DNA from: an uncultured Verrucomicrobiae bacterium
GTDB lineage: Bacteria; Verrucomicrobiota; Verrucomicrobiia; Chthoniobacterales; Chthoniobacteraceae
Direction: 5' to 3'
Length of the DNA stretch: 64,000 nt
Assembly: GCA_963828525.1 (NCBI GenBank)
Contig: CAWHEP010000002.1
Span: forward strand, 1-64,000
Every line of letters starts with the position of its first letter. Within the stretch, counting starts at the first letter, position 1. Below, one piece after another: positions 59,235-64,000 of the stretch. The position numbers were made by a program, and so were the translations under genes. A model generated the notes under the pieces. It saw nothing but the letters and a program-made list of their open reading frames with translations, did no database searches and was not told where the DNA came from.

Positions 59235-59473
59235 AGATCGTCCATCTTCCGACGCGCGCGGGAAACCAGGAAGAGTGAGAGCATCACGCCACCCATGACG
59301 AGCACTGGCAGAGAAGCGCCAGCATCGTAGGCGGAGAGGGAGAGGCTTGCGGTATGTCCGCCCAGGTCCACCGCAGCGGCTGAAGAGGCCCAGGAGGAAG
59401 AAACCACCAGCATCATTATCAAGGCGAACAACGCAAAACAGACGTTAAACGCGAACGAGAAATTCTTGAACAT
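59198..59473 (-). CDS. Small protein with signal peptide and C-terminal TM plus basic cluster
   Basis: MFKNFSFAF...WA signal, then AYDAGASLPVLVMGGVMLSLFLVSRARRK. Confidence 0.5.
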   Translation of the reverse strand: MFKNFSFAFNVCFALFALIMMLVVSSSWASSAAAVDLGGHTASLSLSAYDAGASLPVLVMGGVMLSLFLVSRARRKMDDLYRRVVTKIPRE

Positions 59474-59790
59474 GTGAAGGTTGGGGGTTGCTGTAGAGCA
59501 GCGGGGAACAATCTTCACTCAATTTATAAGGTTATTGGAATCGCGCAAATATTATTTATCAGAAAATGCGTTTTGGCTGTTTTCGGAGGTCGGATCGGTG
59601 ATCTCACAACTTTCCGAACCTGTCAGCGAAGGCTCCCTATCTGGACTACCCTTGCGCGGGTTGGATTTGCGGTTGAAAAACATTCTTGCGTTAGAGGAGC
59701 GAATGCTCAATATTACCCGCCCCATTGCCACAGTGCTGTAATTGCCTCGACGATCACCTGAACCGATAATCCATAGAATCCAATCTTCCC

Positions 59791-60516
59791 ATGTCCACTG
59801 AACTCATGACGGAACTGCTCGAGGCGGGCGTCCATTTCGGCCATCAAACGAAGCGCTGGAACCCGAAGATGAAGCCCTTCATCTTCGAGCGGCGGAATGC
59901 GATCTACATCATTAACCTGGGCGAGACCGTTCGGCAGTTGGATGAGGCGACGACATTCCTGCACGACGTCGCGCATAACGGCGGGAAGGTTCTATTTGTC
60001 GGCTGCAAGAAGCAGGCCCAGGAAGCTGTGAAAGAAGCCGCCATCGCGTGCGGGCAGTTCTACGTTAACCAGCGCTGGCTGGGCGGAACGCTGACGAACC
60101 TGACGACGATCCGGAAGAGCATTGCCCGGCTGAAATACATCGAGGAAATTGACAAGTCGCCGCAGTATTCGCAGATGGGCAAGCAGGAGCTTTCCGCGCT
60201 GGCTCGCGAGGGCGCGAAGCTGAGCCGCAACCTTGAGGGGATTCGCTCCATGGAGAAGCTTCCTGACGCCCTGATCATCATCGACACAGCGCGCGAAGCG
60301 ATTGCCGTGTCTGAAGCCCGGCGTCTCAAGATCCCGACCGTGGCAGTCGTGGATACGAACTCTGATCCTCAGCTTGTTAATTATCCAATTGCCGGCAACG
60401 ACGACGCCATCCGCGCGATTCGCATCCTCCTGCAGAAGTTGGTGGATGCGATCGTTTCCGGCTCCGGACATTCCGGCAGGCAGGAACAGGCGTCCATGGC
60501 TGGCGTCGCTGAATAG
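59791..60516 (+). CDS. rpsB: 30S ribosomal protein S2
   Basis: LLEAGVHFGHQTKRWNPKM, RWLGGTLTN, DTNSDP, GNDDAIRAI. Confidence 0.98.
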   Translation: MSTELMTELLEAGVHFGHQTKRWNPKMKPFIFERRNAIYIINLGETVRQLDEATTFLHDVAHNGGKVLFVGCKKQAQEAVKEAAIACGQFYVNQRWLGGTLTNLTTIRKSIARLKYIEEIDKSPQYSQMGKQELSALAREGAKLSRNLEGIRSMEKLPDALIIIDTAREAIAVSEARRLKIPTVAVVDTNSDPQLVNYPIAGNDDAIRAIRILLQKLVDAIVSGSGHSGRQEQASMAGVAE

Positions 60517-60596
60517 CAGCGGGAGCCCCGCCAGGCGTTCCGGAAAAACTTCAAGGTTTCCACAGTTGTCGTCGACGCGCCCATTGTTCAGCACAC

Positions 60597-61244
60597 ATGG
60601 ATAAGATGCGAAGGTATTGCTCCCTGACCAAGGCCACGCTGGTGGGCGCCGCTCTTTTACTGGGTGGCAGGATTTACGCGACAGATGTGACATGGCACGG
60701 CGGCACCTGGCATGATGCTTCCATCAGCAGCGCGGAAGGAGATCAAGTGGTCATCACCGGCACGAAGGAAGGAGAATCCAAGGCCTCCACGTTCAGGATG
60801 CCGCTTTCAAATGTTCCTGACGATATGATCCGTGCTTATCGGGTCACGCGGGATCGCGACCGCGAAGCCGCGCATACAAACGATGCGCGAAAGCAAATGG
60901 ATGCGTCACGCAGCGAGGAAGCCATTCAGCGGAATGAGAAAATCGCCAATCTGAAAGCGGCCCTGGAACGGGATCCGCATCACGGCAAGCTGGTGGCAGG
61001 GCACATCCTCCTGAAAAAAGATGAGGGCGTTGTCATCCAATGCGATGCCAACACGCCTCCGGATCTGCCGCAGTCGGTCGGGACAGTGTTTCTGAAGGAC
61101 TGCCCTGGGATCCGCAAGCTGGAAATCGGGGATCCAGTCGGCGCCATCGGCTACGAGGATGGCAAATCAACGTTCAATTTTCTGAGTATCCAGGCTTATA
61201 GCGTGACGCCGCCAAGGGTCTTGGCGCAGCCTCCCTCGAAGTAG
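60597..61244 (+). CDS. Secreted hypothetical protein
   Basis: Signal peptide-like N-terminus, 215-aa ORF. Confidence 0.65.
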   Translation: MDKMRRYCSLTKATLVGAALLLGGRIYATDVTWHGGTWHDASISSAEGDQVVITGTKEGESKASTFRMPLSNVPDDMIRAYRVTRDRDREAAHTNDARKQMDASRSEEAIQRNEKIANLKAALERDPHHGKLVAGHILLKKDEGVVIQCDANTPPDLPQSVGTVFLKDCPGIRKLEIGDPVGAIGYEDGKSTFNFLSIQAYSVTPPRVLAQPPSK

Positions 61245-61281
61245 TTCCGGCGCCCGCGGCAGCGGAACCGAAAATTCTGCG

Positions 61282-62037
61282 ATGATGCCGGCGTCCGCCC
61301 CCGAGACTGTGGTGGAATTCCATCGCTACGGGGCGATGCACCTTGCCATCATTTGCGTCACTATCGGGGCGCCAGTGACGCTTGGCCTCGTCGCGCGAAA
61401 TCGGCGCGGAGGAGACATCGTTACACGAGTAAGCGGGTACGCTCTCTCCTCCTTGCTCATAGTAAACTGGGGCGCGGAATACGTTTACAACTATGTGACG
61501 CGGAACATGAGCGTAAAACACGCGCTCCCGATGCAGCTTTGTGATTGGGCTGCCTTCGTGGTCATTGTGGCCTTGCTGAGGCGAAACCGCCGACTGTATG
61601 AAGTCGCGTATTTTTGGGGATTAAGCGGCACCCTGCAGGCTATCTTAACGCCGAACCTTCAGGTCGCGTTTCCTGATTTTCGATTCATCAGTTTTTTCGT
61701 GGGCCACTGCTCCATCGTCGCGGGAGTCATTTTCATGACAGTGGCCATGCGTTTCCGCCCGGTCGCCGGATCTTTGCCGCGCGCGTGGCTATGGTCGCAA
61801 GTGTATCTGGCCGCCGCGCTTCTGGTGAACAGGCTGGTGGATGGAAACTACGGATTCCTTTCTCATAAGCCCAACGGTGCTTCTCTTCTGGATATTCTTT
61901 CCACGGACAAGGTCACCTATATTCTGGAACTCGATCTTCTCGCAATCGCGTTTTTTGTAGCGCTCTACGCGCCTTTTGCCGTGTATGATCTGGCGAAGGC
62001 AACCCGAGAAGGGCTGCAAGGGGCGGCAGCCAGATGA
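61282..62037 (+). CDS. TIGR02206/YwaF family membrane protein
   Basis: LPMQLCD, YFWGLSGTLQAILTP, FFVGH, NYGFL..KP. Confidence 0.88.
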   Translation: MMPASAPETVVEFHRYGAMHLAIICVTIGAPVTLGLVARNRRGGDIVTRVSGYALSSLLIVNWGAEYVYNYVTRNMSVKHALPMQLCDWAAFVVIVALLRRNRRLYEVAYFWGLSGTLQAILTPNLQVAFPDFRFISFFVGHCSIVAGVIFMTVAMRFRPVAGSLPRAWLWSQVYLAAALLVNRLVDGNYGFLSHKPNGASLLDILSTDKVTYILELDLLAIAFFVALYAPFAVYDLAKATREGLQGAAAR

Positions 62038-62120
62038 ATAAATTTTGTGTGGCAAAAGCGCCGGCCACTAACAAATCAAACAATCCACAAATTTTTTTGT
62101 TTAAAGGGGTATGAACATCG

Positions 62121-63083
62121 ATGGGAATTACTTATCGACGTCTGAAACACATGCACCACAAACCTCCAATGACCTATACGCCAGCCGATGTTTCCGGCCC
62201 CGGACTCTCCCGGCCTCGAACCGTCGCCAAAATCCTCCTTCGTGTGCCTCTCTTCGGCGCGATAGCAGGATTTTTGCTTTTGCGGGCCTTGGCTCAGCAA
62301 CATCCTCAGCCAACGTCTGCCCAGACGTGGCGACTGGATACCAATAACAAGCGTCCGGCCCTTTTCCACGCGAAATCAGGGCGCCACGGCTGGGCGGACG
62401 TATCTCCCATTGCCCTGTTACAGATGGCGAAAGAAATCCGTGATTCAGATTTCTATGAACACAACTGCGCGCTGTGTCCTATCGACAACGATCATGCCTG
62501 GATTGCAATCAATCTCCACGACCGTGTTGTAGTAGATTACACTTCTTCCGGCGGCCAGCATTGGGTTCAAAAAAAAGGTCCACCTGCCAGCGAATCGGTG
62601 TTCATCTCGTTTCCTGTTCAGAGGCAAGGGTTCGTGCTGACCGCCAGCGGTTCCATCGGTAACCACCAAGAGTGGGTTTATGAGACCGGCGACGGAGGCG
62701 AGCACTGGAAGGCAATGCCGTCGCCAACACGTGAAGGTTCCAGTTACTACGCCAATGGTATTGTCTTCCGAAACTCATTGGAGGGCTGGATTACGGCAAG
62801 CTACCACGGCGTCCCGGACGCTCCCCTTTTTCACACCGAAGATGGGGCCAAGACTTGGACTCTTCAGGCATTTCCTATTCCCGCTGACTACCACGGCGGA
62901 TATGCGACGACTTATCCTCCAGCATTTCTGGGTAAGGATAAAATGAAGGGTATTCTTCCCGTGGACCTCGTGCGCCATGAGCCTGCGCCAGATCATAGGG
63001 CAAGCGTCAATTATGAAACCGTCAATGGCGGGGCCACATGGCTTTTGCCAAAATCGGGCGTCCACTCGACGAGTTTCAATTAA
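62121..63083 (+). CDS. Secreted Asp-box/BNR repeat protein
   Basis: YTSSGGQHW, YETGDGGEHW, FHTEDGAKTW, YETVNGGATW; start uncertain. Confidence 0.7.
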   Translation: MGITYRRLKHMHHKPPMTYTPADVSGPGLSRPRTVAKILLRVPLFGAIAGFLLLRALAQQHPQPTSAQTWRLDTNNKRPALFHAKSGRHGWADVSPIALLQMAKEIRDSDFYEHNCALCPIDNDHAWIAINLHDRVVVDYTSSGGQHWVQKKGPPASESVFISFPVQRQGFVLTASGSIGNHQEWVYETGDGGEHWKAMPSPTREGSSYYANGIVFRNSLEGWITASYHGVPDAPLFHTEDGAKTWTLQAFPIPADYHGGYATTYPPAFLGKDKMKGILPVDLVRHEPAPDHRASVNYETVNGGATWLLPKSGVHSTSFN

Positions 63084-63113
63084 AGCCTCCAACTTCGCAG
63101 CAGAAGGACATAT

Positions 63114-63374
63114 TCACGAGCCGCGATAACTATTCTGGAGCCATTTCATCCCGAATAGCAGATTGGCTTCCGGCCTCGCTATCAGCGCATGGTAATGGTT
63201 GTCCATCAACACCCATGCCTGAACTCGCCAGCCAGTGATTGCGCGCGCCTCTCCGAGCGTTTCAAAAAGAAGCGCCGAATCGTCGTCCGATTCGAATATC
63301 TTGCCTCGGCGGTTCGCTCGCGCCATCACATGGTAGAACGCTCCCGGGTATTCGATGCGAATGCTGCGCGGCAT
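63114..63374 (-). pseudogene. Truncated REP-associated tyrosine transposase (RAYT, Y1)
   Basis: MPRSIRIEYPGAFYHVMAR...VLMDNHYH HUH motif; ends before the catalytic Tyr region. Confidence 0.85.
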
Positions 63375-63404
63375 CTCCTTCTCATACCGATAAGAGAGCG
63401 TATT

Positions 63405-63640
63405 TGTCAAGAGATGTTGCCTGACCCCTATTTTGCGCACGCGGTTTTCGCGCACGCCTCTTCAAAGGTCGTCAAAAACAGCCGCCGATCTCCATCGGAC
63501 TCGAAAATGGATTCCCGCCGGTTTCCACGCGCCATAACATGATAAAACGCTCCTGGATACTCGATTCGGATGCTCCTCGCCATACCCGTCCAAGGTGACA
63601 GATTCTTCAGAGCCTGTCAATAGATGCAGCCTGACCCCTA
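63405..63640 (-). repeat. Two copies of RAYT upstream end motif, 210 bp apart
   Basis: Minus-strand TAGGGGTCAGGC..CATCT.TTGACA at 63430-63405 and 63640-63615. Confidence 0.8.
63428..63583 (-). pseudogene. Second, shorter RAYT 5' stub
   Basis: MARSIRIEYPGAFYHVMARGNRRESIFESDGDRRLFL...CAK* (51 aa). Confidence 0.82.
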
Positions 63641-64000
63641 GAAGTTCCCCTGCCGCGGTTGAATCCGCAGGAAACGCGCCGCCATAAAGCAAAGTAGCAA
63701 AGCCAGCGCCGCCATCCCCCACGCCGGCATGGCTGGAATGCTATCCGATGGTTGGATTGTGATCGTCAAGGTCGCGCTGGTCGTGCCTCCGCCATTGGTG
63801 GCGCTGATCCCCAGGCTCAATGTTCCAGAAGTGGTCGGTGTCCCGCTGATGATGCCTGTCGCGGGATCCAGACTCAACCCGGCCTGAGGCAACGAAGACG
63901 CGCTGTAGCTTGTCGGGCTATTGCTCGCTTGTATCTGGTAGCTGAAGGGCGTCCCATTCGTACCTGTCGCCGACAATGTGCCGGTAAACACAGGGGCGGG
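63638..64000 (-). CDS. C-terminal part of putative Ig-domain surface protein with IPTL-CTERM-like sorting signal (partial)
   Basis: LPQAGLSLDPATGIISGTPT (He_PIG-like), IPAMPAWGMAALALLL...ARFLR. Confidence 0.8.
   Translation of the reverse strand, partial: PAPVFTGTLSATGTNGTPFSYQIQASNSPTSYSASSLPQAGLSLDPATGIISGTPTTSGTLSLGISATNGGGTTSATLTITIQPSDSIPAMPAWGMAALALLLCFMAARFLRIQPRQGNF

Noticed and set aside
1..64000. CRISPR array, retron, group II intron or DGR
   Set aside because: No regularly spaced repeat-spacer array and no cas or reverse transcriptase motifs seen

Overview
Bacterial chromosomal window, about 58-60% GC by eye. Gene content and protein styles suggest Verrucomicrobiota (Chthoniobacter/Spartobacteria-like), but this is inference. 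Single-base indels split or scramble several otherwise intact genes, so the sequence is probably an unpolished long-read assembly. Layout from left to right: (1) 1-12.6 kb is a tightly packed + strand run. An NrdR-box precedes nrdR, followed by a degenerate ATP-cone protein, HIT, an ICMT-family methyltransferase, a FabF-like ketosynthase with its catalytic Cys replaced by Ser, three histidine kinases, a FadL-type channel and an SBP/PP2C pair. (2) 12.6-24.5 kb holds bactofilin, an M42 peptidase, tRNA-Arg, a PagL-like protein, conserved hypotheticals, LacI, three small paralogous TM-coiled-coil proteins and an esterase/heparinase II-III/glycosidase-like group. (3) 24.6-34.3 kb is a decayed island between convergent tRNA-Lys(CTT) and tRNA-Val(CAC). 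It carries a full IS66, a truncated IS66, xis/integrase and defence-like cargo (a CxxCx(11)CxxC membrane protein plus a CPCC partner, a GIY-YIG/T5orf172 protein, membrane proteins and an MBL-fold remnant). (4) 34.7-59.2 kb has a GH9-LamG gene and a large Wzy-dependent polysaccharide locus. (5) 59.8-64 kb has rpsB without tsf, hypotheticals, two tandem RAYT stubs and the end of an Ig/IPTL-CTERM protein. The best candidates for undescribed systems are the methyltransferase/KS(Cys>Ser)/kinase/FadL lipid-signalling cassette, the NrdR plus pseudo-ATP-cone module and the CxxC/CPCC two-gene pair. No CRISPR array was seen.
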